NCBI RefSeq assembly: GCF_018350175.1 | Contig: NC_058368.1 | Coordinates: 122,018,001-122,082,000 of the forward strand | Length of the DNA stretch: 64,000 bases | Reading direction: 5' to 3' | From: Felis catus | Taxonomy: Eukaryota | In this document: in pieces, positions 24,667-37,080 of the stretch | Position numbering within the stretch: position 1 is the first letter of the stretch | Layout of the letters: each line of letters starts with the position of its first letter | Position numbers and translations under genes: made by a program | Notes under the pieces: generated by a model | Database searches by the model: none | What the model was told of the DNA's origin: nothing | The model's input: the letters and a program-made list of their open reading frames with translations, nothing else

Positions 24667-25389
24667 TGCTTTAGACCTATCTTAATTAAGAAGCATATTA
24701 GCACTAGGAGCTCTGGCAGAAAATTGATTCAAGACAACACTCCTTGGAACACTTTCTCCACTACAGTCTCATTTATCCTATTTGCATCTTTAGTAAATAT
24801 CCTAACTCCTGGTAATGGCAAATCAGAAATAACATCAATTCAGAATTGGAATTCCAAATATATATAATTTAACTATATGTTGGTCTTTAATTTACTATTA
24901 AGTGCTAGATCTGATTGATAAATATATTAACACAATTTATTTTCTCCTAGATCTTTGCTCTTAATAAGAATGACTGCCAAATAGATATTAAAACACTGTT
25001 CATTTTTCTATAAAATTAGGTATCTACATCCCACAAAAGAAGGTTCTACCTCCTTAACTACACAATGCCAATTTCCCCATGAGTTTGGTCTTAGACATAC
25101 TGACAAGTCAGAATCATGAAATTTTAGGATTGGATATACCTAAGTTAGAAGCAAATTCAGAAATGAATAAAAGGGGATGTAGAATCAACTTATAAAGGTC
25201 ATGATTGCTTACGAAGCCAAAGAGAGGCAAACAGAAAACAAAGCTCGCCCACCACTGCGTAGAGTACTTTTGAGAAGAGGCCCTCACCAGGATCGTGTTT
25301 GAGCTTTACAATAACTCTAGAACAGCCCCCAGCCCCATTCACCGACTCTCCACTTTTCTGTGGCACACGCTTCAGTAAACATTAAATGC

Positions 25390-25570
25390 ATGATTGTGGT
25401 TCACACAGGTTGTCAAGTTAAGTGCTCCCTGAGATAGTCAGCCCGGTACCAATTATGAAGTTGGCACCTTCCTGTTTATCCCACATCCTGATAAGAAACT
25501 CCTAGCCATTTCCGGAAACTCCTGGCTGCCACAGCACTCCATCCACCTGGGGAGCTACTGATAATCACCA
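25390..25570. promoter_or_regulatory. Candidate enhancer with RUNX, ETS, GATA and E-box motifs
   Basis: TGTGGTT 25395-25401; AGATAG 25432-25437; CTTCCTG 25468-25474; TGATAA 25489-25494; TTTCCGGAAA 25509-25518; CACCTG 25544-25549 then 9 nt then TGATAA 25559-25564; all in non-repeat sequence. Motif evidence only. Confidence 0.4.
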
Positions 25571-25934
25571 CCAAAGTGCTGTTCTTGGGGGGCCGGGTTA
25601 CTTACAGGCAATTGAAGATATTTATATTGCCCTCTGCTTTCTCGGAGCTCTGAGTTTATAACCCTTTACTATGCATGTGTGCTTTTTTTCTAATCACCTG
25701 TTTTACTCCTTTACCCATCTTAATTATTCTTAGTATCATCTGGAGAGGTATGATTTGGTTTCATTTTCCCCTGTCTCTTCCCACAACACCCCAGAACGGC
25801 GGAGGAAAAAGGAAAGAAAGACACATTTGAGTATGATATGACCTAGCAAGTTCCTTTTTACCACAGATCAGTCTTTGGAGAAAAAGAAAAGACTCTGGAA
25901 GGCAATAAAACTATAGGACTACTAAAATTTTCTT

Positions 25935-26049
25935 TTTTCAAGATTTTAGTTTTTAAAAAAGTAATCTCTATACTCAATGTGGTGCTTGAACCCAAAGTCC
26001 CGAGATCAAGAGTAGCATGCTCTACCGACTGACCCAGCCAGGTGTCCCT
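25935..26049 (-). mobile_element. Short tRNA-Lys-derived carnivore SINE
   Basis: 'gtaatctctatactcaatgtggtgcttgaaccc...cgagatcaagagtagcatgctctaccgactgacccagccaggtgtccc'. Confidence 0.85.
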
Positions 26050-26067
26050 TTTGAAAAGATATTTTTA

Positions 26068-26167
26068 GGGGCACCTGGGTGGCTCACTCAGTTAAGCATC
26101 CAACTCTTAACTTTGGCTCAGGTCTCATGGTTCATGGGATGTGCTCTGACAGTGCAGAGCCTTCTTG

Positions 26168-26215
<48 letters not shown>

Positions 26216-26262
26216 CTTCCTCTGCTCTCTCTCTCTCTCTCTCTCAAAATAAATTATAAAAA
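26068..26262 (+). mobile_element. CanSINE with expanded (CT)n
   Basis: Head ggggcacctgggtggctcactcagttaag, internal deletions, long CT dinucleotide run at ~26172-26245. Confidence 0.9.
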
Positions 26263-26701
26263 CTTTAAACTTTGTGGTGCTTAAGTGTTAGCAACTCATT
26301 AAAAAATATTTAAACACTAAGCCAACTCTCTATTGGACAAACATAAGCCACCTAGAGGCAGAGGTCAGCTCCTATGACAGCAGTTTTCAACCCTTGCCTT
26401 TTTCCTTAAGTTCAAATCCTGACAGGTGTGATCATGCTGCTGTAGTAACAAAAAACATCTCTGACCCAATTGCTCAGTCTCTTTCTCTCTCTAGTCACTG
26501 TAGCAGGAAGTAGAGGAGCAAACTCTTTTTCCAGTCTCTGCTCCAGGAGGCAATGCTATAACTGAGCACATTTGGAAGAAGCCTGCTCTTCCAGCTGGTG
26601 ATGGGAATCTGTCCCTCTCTCCCCTCCAGGCTCTGTGGCACCATCTTGAGAGTTGCCTCCGGCTTCCTTGTGTAGTTCAGCTACATGCTGGCTTCCACTG
26701 C

Positions 26702-26734
26702 GTGTGTGTGTGTGTGTATGTGTGTGTGTGTGTG
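26702..26734. repeat. (TG)n microsatellite
   Basis: gtgtgtgtgtgtgtgtatgtgtgtgtgtgtgtg, with one interruption. Confidence 0.92.
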
Positions 26735-27789
26735 TAGTGTCAAGAAAAAAATTCCTGTGAAGCTCTGAAAAATACAGTTCAGCCAACTTCCTCTGTTCAC
26801 ATTTTAGTGGTGGTGGTAATTTCCACCCCCAGCAAACCTAATTTCTTCTTTAGCACACCCTACCTAAAAAAAAAAAAAAAGTAAGAGTAATTTTTCTCCA
26901 AACTAGGGAGGTTGAGATTGGGCAGAGATATCTACAATCTTAGCATTAGGTAATTTGGAAAAGCACTTCAAAATCTGTGCTGAAGTGCATTCTTTAAATA
27001 TGATCCTTTGGTTTACAATTAGATCTCTTGCAGCAGCAGAGGTGAACCTCTCTACTTTGAGAGGTTTAGACTCACCCAAACCTCTGTATTCATTCATCCT
27101 CCTGAGTTTCTACCAGAGACCTTAGCATCAGGAAATCAATCTTGCTCACTGTTGTATCCCCAGCACCTGGCACAAACATTAATAAGTATTTGTTGAATAA
27201 ATGAATAAAATGAAAGAAGGGCTCAGATCAGTTGGGACCAAGATAACATCTATGCTGTGATTTATTCATTCAAATATGTTGGAATGAACTCAGTTCCCTA
27301 CGGAGCGTGCTTGAGGAACAAAAGGTAGCTGCTGTTGAGATCACTAGGAGACTTTTGTTTTCCTGTGTAGGGTGGAATCTGGGGCAACAGCTGATTTTCT
27401 CAGGACAAAGGAGGGGGAAAAGAGGATTTCTGAGCGGATGTGTAGGTGAACAGGAGGGAGAATATACTTGAAACTTGAGGGGCAAATGGCAAGCCATGGG
27501 AGAGAGAAAAGAGATGGGGTGTGTGATGTACCTCTCCCCCCGAGTCTCTCTGTAAAACCGTCAGTGAAATGCCCACTATCATCAATGATTTGGGACTCAA
27601 GCAAGGAACACAGTCTGTAGTAACAGCATAGGTGACATACAAGTTCAACATGGAAAACAAATATGAATAAAACGAATTTCCTTCCTTGGAGGAATAAATA
27701 GTCTTGGATAAAATGGCCAGAGAGACAAAACATTCCAAGACATGAGAAACTGTTCAGATACTTTAAAAACACCAGTGATTTAAACAATG

Positions 27790-28200
27790 GCATCTATTGC
27801 ATATTTCCTGTGTACCAGGCATGTGTTGGGCCCTAGTCGTATGTTAGCAAAGGAGACAAAGACCTCTGCCCTCAAGGATGAGGAGGCAGTAAAAATGAAT
27901 GGGATAGTATCAGTAATTGGGGCTCTGAAGGGAATAAAAGAGGGGGTGACATACAATGATGATGGATGGGATTCAACATGAACTAGGTGGTCAGAGTTGC
28001 CCTCTCTCAACAGTCACAACTGAGCTGAGACTGAAGGACAGGAAGAAGCCAGCTACATGAAGATGTGTGGATAAAGCTTTCCAAAAAGAGGGAAGAGGTG
28101 CATCCAAGAGACCCATGGTAAGCACAAGGCAAGTGATGGGGTGGAGGGTGTACAAGATGGTCAGAGAGGCAGGCACAGGCCAGATCAGGAAGTCAGAGAA
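27790..28200 (-). mobile_element. L2 fragment
   Basis: 'tgtgtaccaggcatgtgttgggcc...gacctctgccctcaagga...tgagctgagactgaaggacagg...ggccagatc'. Confidence 0.7.
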
Positions 28201-30047
28201 GATTACTAGGTCTGTGAGGATAACCGGTGGAATGGCAAAGACTCAGAGCTGATGACTGGAATGCAAAGGTAAAATGTAATCACAACACAAGGGCCTTGGC
28301 ATGCACCATCTCTGGGGGGATGTTCTCAAACACTGGCTCTCCAGGGGGCAGGAAATAATTTAGTCTAGTTAATTGCCCTTCGGGACTGCTCTGTGTATGC
28401 ATGTAAAACTATGGATTATCCAGCCCCAGATGCAAATGAAAAGGGCACAGTAGGTCACTGGTTTTCCAGAAGACTCTTCTCACTTGAGGTAGAAGTGAGA
28501 ATGCCAATTAGCCTCATTTCTGTGGAAGGGAACTGGGAGAGGAGAAACGCCCAGAGAATTGTGCTTCCGATTGGCTTGCAAATCATAACAACCACCCCAA
28601 AATTAAGAGAAGAGGGGGAAAAAAGCTCCTTTGCTCTTGGGACCTTAAATGATTAGAAAGAGTTGTTATTTGGCTGATTTTCACACTTCATTAGCATATG
28701 CATAATTTAACAAGGGAACATGCTGGGGGCTGGCACGGGTGAGGGCAGCTCTCCATACCCACGGACTAGAAACTGGGGCAGCGGCATTGGGAGTGCTTAA
28801 TTATGCCAGCAAGGCAACAGAGATGTGCACAAAATGGAGTGAGCACACGATGGAGTCTTGGAACAAGCACGGAGAGACACCCTAATGTCTATTTTCGCCC
28901 ATGAGCACACCTGCACTGAGAGCTGTAGGCAGTCCTGAATGTTCTTCTCAAGGACAAAGTCATCGGGGTTCTATCTTCATGCTCCCCACTTCTCTGGCCA
29001 TCAATCCCCTCTTGTCAGATAGCCACATTTTCTTCCCCCCAAATCTGGGATGCCAAGAAGAGTAGAGTATTTTATTATGATTGTCCATATCATATTCCAT
29101 GTGGCAGTGAAAAAAAGAAGAATGTGGAGTGGTGTCTTAGGGGCTGAATAAAATGGACTCTAGGAGAAGGATCAGATCTTAAAATTTTACTCCTGAGTTC
29201 CCTGATAAGATCTGCAAGCAGAGAAGTAAGGACAAAATTTGCCATCAATATCGTAATTTAATTAACATTTAGGCTTTTTTTCCTCTACTCAAAGTATCCC
29301 TTAAATCCCAAGATGAAAATAAAGAAAAGTCAACCTTTAATGAGAGGACTCAACTATGCCTGGTCACCTGCCCTGCTGGACTTGCTTCTCTGCTTGTGAC
29401 CCTCGGAAGGACACATATATAACTCAACAGTTGATGAGTGGAATTGGAATGGTGTTTGTAAAAACAAAAAAAAGGCAGGGAATTTTATAATTCTCATACT
29501 GTATCTCACAATGTCACCACATTCAATGCCATAGAACTTTAAAATTGTGACCCTATCATATTGATCTACCTTGGTCCATGGGTCTATTCTGAGATGATTT
29601 ACAGATCTTTTCCTGCTTCTGACACCTTCTAAGCATCAATTTCCCTTTTTTCTATGAAGACAATCTTAATTTTTCTTTTTCTCAGTCCAGTGTGGTCTGT
29701 GCATGTGTGTGTCTTTAAGACCAGAGCTAACTGGCATACTCCATTCCCCACTCCACAGTGCCTGGGCCAAGCCCAAAAAATTCTCCAACTTGGACCAAGG
29801 AGAGTTAGGTTCAGGCTTCTGCTGCTACACTGAGAAGATTTCAATATATTACTTTCACTCACTTCACACCAACTCCTCACAGCTCTCCAAACATGTCAAA
29901 CATTTTCATACCTCTGTGCTTTTGCATATGCTATTCCACTTCTTGAATGAATGAAAAAAATCCATCCGTACTTCCATATGTTATTTTGGCTTGAATTCCC
30001 AAACCTTATGCTATCATATTTAATTTAATAAGCATGTACTCATTACT

Positions 30048-30546
30048 GTTATATCAGACCATTAGCTGTCTCCCCATCAACCATTCTTCCATTCTTCTGT
30101 AAACAAGTCCCCTGGATTTCCCCCTTCTCATCCTCAAGTCATGTGGGCACTGCCCATCCTTCCCTCAACATCAGAGTTAGGGTCTACCTGGCTTACAGCC
30201 GCCAGGTGGTCCATCTCAGTAAAGGGAATAGATTTAGGGCTGGGCATGGAATCCAAACCAAATAAGAGGTAGGAGATATTTCCTAAGGGTTTAAGGAGAT
30301 GTAAACCCCTGCATTACAGCAGTCAACTTTCCACCACAAACAAAGAGCCTGCAAACAGCGGCTGGGTCTACAATGAAAGTGGAGCTGAGAGACCATCTAT
30401 CCAGGGTAACACAGCTGAACTCTGCGTCAAGCCTTACCTGAAGTTAGCATTCTTTTGAACTTTTAATTTGCGTGTGCCAAGTCTGTGATTAAGTAGAATT
30501 TTAATGGGATTTTACAGCCTTGTAACCAAAATATTCCTGACCAACA
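30048..30546. mobile_element. Old MaLR/ERVL solo LTR (MLT1/LTR33-like)
   Basis: About 500 bp ending 'tcaagccttacctgaag...cttgtaaccaaaatattcctgaccaaca', typical of old MaLR/ERVL LTR ends; subfamily uncertain. Confidence 0.6.
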
Positions 30547-30635
30547 GCATGACAAAAATGTTTACTAGTTTAAGAGTCAAGGCAGAAATCTTTGGGAAAT
30601 AATAAACCACATTCTAAGCTAAGTCCAAATTGTTC

Positions 30636-31760
30636 ATGCATTCATCCCTTCAACAAGTATTTGAACACTTACTCTATGTCACATTGAACACTTACTATAT
30701 GCTCTAACACATACTGTGTTAGAGCATTATGGGTATAGCAATGAATGGAATGAACAAATATCCTTTTGAAGCATAGATTCTACTGAAAGGAGATACTGAC
30801 TGAATAAACAAAAACAATGCTAAATAAGTATATAGTATACTAGATTACTATAAGAATACAATGGGTTAAAGCATGTCAGAAGGGCCGAAGGCAGAAAAGG
30901 ATTCCAGTTTTAAATAGGTATTTAGTAAAGGCTCCATTGAAAGGTAACACTTGGTCAAAGGTTTAAAGGAAACTGGTTATGCAGGTATCTAGGAGAAGGG
31001 CAGTCCATGCAAAAGACACAGCCAGTACTAAGGCCCTGAGGTCTGGTGAGTACAAGCAGCAGCAAGTGGGCTGCTGAGGACAGAGAAGGCAGCAGGAATG
31101 AGGTCAGAGAGGAAAGTGACTGGCCAATGATGTACAGCCTGCCGGGCCATCGTAAGGACCCTTTTATGCTGAGTGAGATGGAGAGTCTGTGGAAAATGAT
31201 GAACAGAGGAGTGACAGATTTTTACCTAAATTCCTACAGGAATTAGTCTGGCTACTGTATGGAGAACAGATATGGGTGTCAAAGTCAAGGACAGAAGCAG
31301 GAGACAGTTGCAACAAAGCATGATAGTGGCTTGGATCAGTATGGTAGCTGTGGAAGTGATGAAGAGGCATGGGATTTTGAACAGAATTTAAAACTAGAGT
31401 CAATAGGATTTCCTGATGCATTGTGTGTGGAATGTGAGTCAAGAATGACTCCAAGGTTTTTGGCCTGAGGAAGAAGGTGAAAACTGCCAACACCTGAGCA
31501 AGGGACCACTGCAGGGAGAAAAGGTTTGTTCAGGAAATGATCAGTTCAATCTGAAAACATGAAGTCTGAGATGTTTTATTAAACAACCAAGTAGAGATTC
31601 TGAAGAAGGTGGGTATATAAGTCTGGAGTTCAGGAGAGGACTGGACTAAAGATACGAATTTGAGAGCTGTCAGCATTTAGGTAGTATTTTAAGCCAGAAA
31701 ACTGGACAAAATAACAAAAGGAGTAATTGTAGATGACAAGAACAGAGGATCCAAGGACCA
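30636..31760 (-). mobile_element. L2 LINE, ~1.1 kb
   Basis: Antisense tail 'cattcatcccttcaacaagtatttgaacacttac' followed by L2 motifs 'aaggccctgagg', 'gaatgactccaaggtttttggcctgag' and 'gtctggagttcaggagag'. Confidence 0.85.
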
Positions 31761-32184
31761 ATTAATTTAATCAACTCATTTAATCCCCAAGATAACCATA
31801 TGAAGTCAGTTATTATGGCCATTGTAACTTTACCTTTGAGGAAATCAAAGTCTCAAGATGTTAAGATCACACAGCAATCTGACCAAGAACAAACATGCTC
31901 GTGTATATTAACACTTTAGTCATGCAGGGACTGAAACCAGAGAAGTCCAGCTCCAGTGTCTGTGCTCTTAAATATTACTCAATATTGCTACCTGTCCCCA
32001 AGTGGAAGTGTTTAATTAGGTGGTAGATAGTTAGAATTAACAATAAATAGAGCGTGTAGGACCTAAGAGTGGCCAACTAAGCTCCAAGAATGGAGTTTTC
32101 TGCCTCCAGAGCTAGAATGGGCTACAAATACAATGCTGAGATAAAGGCAAGAGTCAAACTCAGGCACTGGAAGACCAGTTTGCT

Positions 32185-32580
32185 CAGTGGTCTTCATACA
32201 TAGTCAGATTCACTGGGGGGATCCTGTTAAAAAATGCAGGTTACTAGGTAACCACTGTGCACATGATTCAGTAGATACTGAATGGAGCTTGGGAATTCTG
32301 TACTGACAAGTGTCTCAAGAATTCTGAACACCTTTTTATTTTATTTTTTTTTAATGTTTATTCACTTTTGAGAGACAGAGTGAGACAGAATGTGAGTGGG
32401 GGAGGGGCAGAGAGAAACAGAGACACAGAATCCAAAGCAAGCTCCAGGCTCTGAGCTGTCAGCACAGAGCCTGATGCGGGGCTCGAACTCACAAACCGCG
32501 AGATCATGATCTGAGCCGAAGTCAAATACTTAACAGACTGAGCCACCCAGGTGCCCTTGAACACCTTTTTGAGAAACACT
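32185..32580. mobile_element. MER5-type DNA transposon remnant interrupted by a CanSINE
   Basis: 'cagtggtcttc...gattcactggggggatcctgttaaaaaatgcag...tgattcagtag' with the end 'tttgagaaacact'. Confidence 0.65.
32338..32557 (-). mobile_element. CanSINE
   Basis: TSD tgaacaccttttt at 32325-32337 and 32558-32570. Confidence 0.95.
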
Positions 32581-33390
32581 ATGATAGGAAATCTACTTTG
32601 GCTCATCTCTGGCCAGTAGCTGTCCACAAAAGATCAATAAAATTGGACTTTAATTCATCTTAGTCTCACAGATGGGACTGGGACAGAAGAAAAATAGCTT
32701 AGCTTGGAAAAACAGTTTGATGTTCTTCACAAAAATCTTTAGTCTTCCTTTACTAACCAATAATCAATTTTATACTTGAACTAAAATTGATTATTCTTTA
32801 CTTATTCTTATTAAATGAAATAGTGCCTGAACTTTGCACAGCAAATGGTGGGTTGTTACTAAACACTCATTGAAAGGATAAGATGTGTCAGAAATTTATA
32901 CCTCTCATTTGTCAGTGGAGACCCGAGACCCAGGCTTAGTTCAACATCTTCACCCAACAACAGTTGCAATTAAAGTGGAATAGCATTTACCTTAAGGCAA
33001 TGAGGATCTATTCTTTATAAAACACTGCCAAAGCAGAGCTATAAATTAAGTGGATTGGTGTGAATGCCCATTTCCTTTTCACCTCTTGTCAAACAGACAA
33101 GTAGAGGGCTTCTCAAAAATGCACATAACTCCAATAATTTACCAAACAGTTGGGTAAGTCCAAAAACCCATGAGAAACATAGCTAATATTTGCTCCCAAT
33201 TTGGCTAGAATCTACAGGTAATTGCACAAATGATTTCTTCCAATACCAAACACCATTGCTAAATGCTTGCATATCCTATAGTTTTCTGTTTCTACTCAAG
33301 GTTTGAAAAGAGTCCTTACAAAGAGTCTCTATTTTGGTGATGTGACTAATCACCATATTAATACACTGTAGTTTTATTTTAATTTCAGAA

Positions 33391-33603
33391 TTTTTTTTTT
33401 CAACGTTTATTTATTTTTGGGACAGAGAGAGGCAGAGCATGAACGGGCGAGGGGCAGCGAGAGAGGGAGACACAGAATCGGAAACAGGCTCCAGGCTCTG
33501 AGCCATCAGCCCAGAGCCTGACGCGGGGCTCGAACTCACGGACCGCGAGATCGTGACCTGGCTGAAGTCGGACGCTTAACCGACTGCGCCACCCAGGCGC
33601 CCC
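33391..33603 (-). mobile_element. Young felid SINEC_Fc, nearly undiverged
   Basis: Same diagnostic sequence as the 10270-10483 copy, CpGs intact; TSD aatttcagaa(t) at 33381-33390 and 33604-33613. Confidence 0.97.
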
Positions 33604-36600
33604 AATTTCAGAATTTTTTTTTTAAGAACCACCGACTCATCCAATTTATTGGTTTGATTGGGAGGCTACCAAATAGAACTAGACTAATTTGTAAAGCAGC
33701 AGAACCTAGACAACAAACAGTGATTTCTGTTTCCTAACCCCCTTCACATTTTTGTGCAAGTGAAAATATGGGGGCAAGCAGAAATAAGTCCTCCTTCTCA
33801 TTCAAACAACTGTCCATCAATAATTCATTCTTTTAACCATGTTATATTAAACATTTACACCACAATACAGGGTAGCGGCTAAGATCATGAACTCTTAGCT
33901 GCATGGCCATGAATATATTATCAGTTTCTTCATGTATAACTGGGGCTAGTGCAAGCATCCAATCTATGAGGACTATTAAGAGAACTGGATGGGATAACAC
34001 ACATAAAATTACTAGCATAGTGTCTAGCACGCAATTCATATTCTGCTATCATTAGTGACTATTGTTTTTATCTATGCACATGCTCACTGGGGTTATATAA
34101 ACATGCAATCGGGCTATCCCTACATTTTCCACTTTGCATTCACTATGACACTCAGCTGCCTGACAGGCATCTCTGCTTCACCCCTTCCACTGCAGTCATT
34201 CATCCAGTGGCACAACCACTGACTCAAATGATGGTACACGGATGGATAATAACACCCACATGAAAACGGTAATGCAGTGATCTAACATCTGGAGAGAATT
34301 TCAGAAAGCCAGTAGCATCATCATCTTACTGAAGTAAGGAATAAAAAAAAAATACACAGGACATGTTCATGATGCGTCCACCTGTGCTGGTGAAGTGGGT
34401 ACAAGCCAATGATCTGCTCCCATGCTTCCAGTCTCCATATAACTGTCCTGTAGCCAAGCCATTGAAAATAAGAGTCATAAAGAATGGAGTAAACAGAACT
34501 TGAAGTTACCCACCTGGTCTCACTGTGTACAATGCAATTTATATTAACGGATAAGTGTAGGTTATTAGGAGATCATATGCTACTTTCCTGACATCTGACT
34601 GCATTGGTAGCTGCAAATGACAGAGTACTTTTTTTTTTCTTTCCATTTACCTTCATGGAGTGCTCCTTATGTGTAATACACTGTGCCAAATGCCCTGGGT
34701 AAAAGTGAAGCAATGAACACAAGATCCCTGAAATCAAGGTAATGATAACCTGTGGAACGCACTTTTCCTCCAACAAATGCCTAGCAAAGGCCCTGGCCAT
34801 AAATGATGCTTCATAAAGATTTGCTGGACCAATGAACAAATGTATCATCTGGGTGGTCCCATCTACAAGTCCTACAAGGGTAGAAAATGAAACTAATCAA
34901 GTCATTTTTAGGAAGCCTCTGTTGGTAAAAGGTGCTGTGAAAAGCCATTCTTTGTCTTTCAGCTTCTAAGCCTGGCCAGGAAGCCCAAGCTTTCACTTAG
35001 GCCATTGATTCTACTCACTTGCACTTACTGCATCAGACAAGGTCTACTCTGGTCTTCTGTAGTAGAGACAGTGACTTGATGCAGAACTGTTGGCAATGGG
35101 GTCAGTTTGCCTTCACCAGCCTGTGTCCTCATCCCAGAGGAACCCTACCTTTCAGGTGGAAGTTGGAAATCAGCTCTTGTGAAAACTCAGAATTCTTTGT
35201 TAGCTCTCAACACCCCTGCTGTGTTCTCATAGCACGGACATGATGCACCATGACCCATACATTAACGAATACTGTTCCACTGCAATCAACAGAATAAAGG
35301 GCTTTCATGTACATCCTACTGGCTATTATTTGTAGTGTGAATACAATCATGCTTCAAAGGTTTCCAAGACACTCAAGAACTTGACCAAGCACCATCTGTA
35401 GATTCTGGTCATTGCATAAAGCAACTAATTGCTTTTAAAAAAATCCATGCCACTACTGCTAATTTTTTCATTTCCACAAGCTAGCCTGCTAACAACCCCT
35501 GGGTATTTACACAGCCTATGTAATTATGCAGTGGTTTTGAGTATACTGAGTATACTGAGCCTTCTACAGTGGGTCTGTGTATACTGAACCCACTCTCCTA
35601 AGTTTTAAAACTAGTTCTCTTGCTTTGTTTCTTCTACTTTTAGCAGGAGGACAATGAATGACACCCGTCTTTCTGGCCTCTGGAGGGATTCGTGTTTTGA
35701 GAGTTATAAAGCTGAAAGATGCTGCCTTCTTGCTGAGCATGATATCACAGGATGTATTTGTAGCTGCATGCTTGAAGAGACCTATCTGCTGGGCATCTCC
35801 CACTACCGGCTGTTACTGTCATCAAATGGTATTTATTGAACATGCAGTCACTGTCTTGTGAGCTCCAAATTAATGGGTGACTCCTAAGAACCTAATTTTA
35901 AAACATTATCCCCCTCTTTGTTATCTGTATTTGTTTGTTTCAGAGCCTGATACTTTAATTGGCACTGAGGACTCCAACGCATGACTGCAATTTTCCTTTT
36001 GAGAGCTCAGAATGCTGCTGCCTAAGGACGCCTGGAGTTAGCGCCTGGGGCTGGGAGGGTGGCAGGGAACTGCACAGCCACAAGCACCGGGGCAGGCCCT
36101 GAACCCAGAAGAGAACCAGCTTTCCTCTTGGGTGCAGGCCAGGAAACGGACAAACAAGCCATCAGACTGTCAGCTTCTCCCTTTCTGAGTGCTCCACCCT
36201 CCACATGGACTTGTCTGATTTCTAGCCTCTTTGGGAGCTTTGCATTTTGATCCCTTGGTTTCTGCAGGGGGTTGGGGAGTCTGGTTTTGATCCTCTGATG
36301 GGCTTTTACCCTCCAATCTTTTTGATTCTCCCAGAAGGCAAACTGGCCCATTCCTTGCCTCTTTTATCCTACCCATGTTCACTGCTGCCTCATTTTGTTT
36401 CAGCTTTTCATCTTCCACTGTGACTTTACCTCCCCTTTCCCCAGCACACCAATGGAGAGATTTGCCAAGTCTCTTATAACCGGGCTTCCTCTACCTTCCC
36501 TCACGAGGCCTTCCCATTGGTCATTTGTTTCTCTTACCCACAAATTCTGTGGTCCTTGGTTTGGGTCTTCCTTCTAATGCATTCTGTGCTGATACCTATG

Positions 36601-36839
36601 CTGATAGGTATGATGAGCTCCTTACAGATAGATGTCCACAAGGATAAATCTTCACAGAGAATACACACTTAACAGAGCACTGAGCTTAGAGCAGGTGCTT
36701 AGCACATAGCCCTGAACAAATGACTATTTTAAAGTATTTAAGTACTTAAAAAAGCAAGTTCTAGTGATGTTAAATCAACACCTAACATAATCTAACCATG
36801 TGTGGGCACTAAGTACAAAAACAAAAAATAACAACAGTT

Positions 36840-37080
36840 AATAATGAATATTTACTTAGTAATGAAAAATGGGCCAGGCACATGGCTAGGCACTTTGCTT
36901 GGGTTTTCCGTGAACCTCTCCATTTTATGAAGCAGGTGTTAATATTATAGATGAAGACAGCAGCTTTGAGAGTTCAGTTTCTCTAAGGTACACAGCTAAT
37001 GGCTGGCAGATCTGGGATTTGGGTCCATGTCTGTCGGGTCCTAGAGTTTGTTCTCTTAGCAACTTTACCACACCGCCTTC
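36840..37080 (-). mobile_element. MIR
   Basis: 'atagatgaagacagcagctttgagag...aaggtacacagctaatggctggcagatctgggatttgggtcc'. Confidence 0.7.

Noticed and set aside
27344..27793. 149-aa minus-strand ORF
   Set aside because: Low-complexity F/L/S-rich translation of purine-biased DNA, with no domain or exon signals.
30198..30215. CTCF-like gccgccaggtggtcc
   Set aside because: It mismatches the conserved GGC end and lies in an old LTR; too weak without ChIP data.
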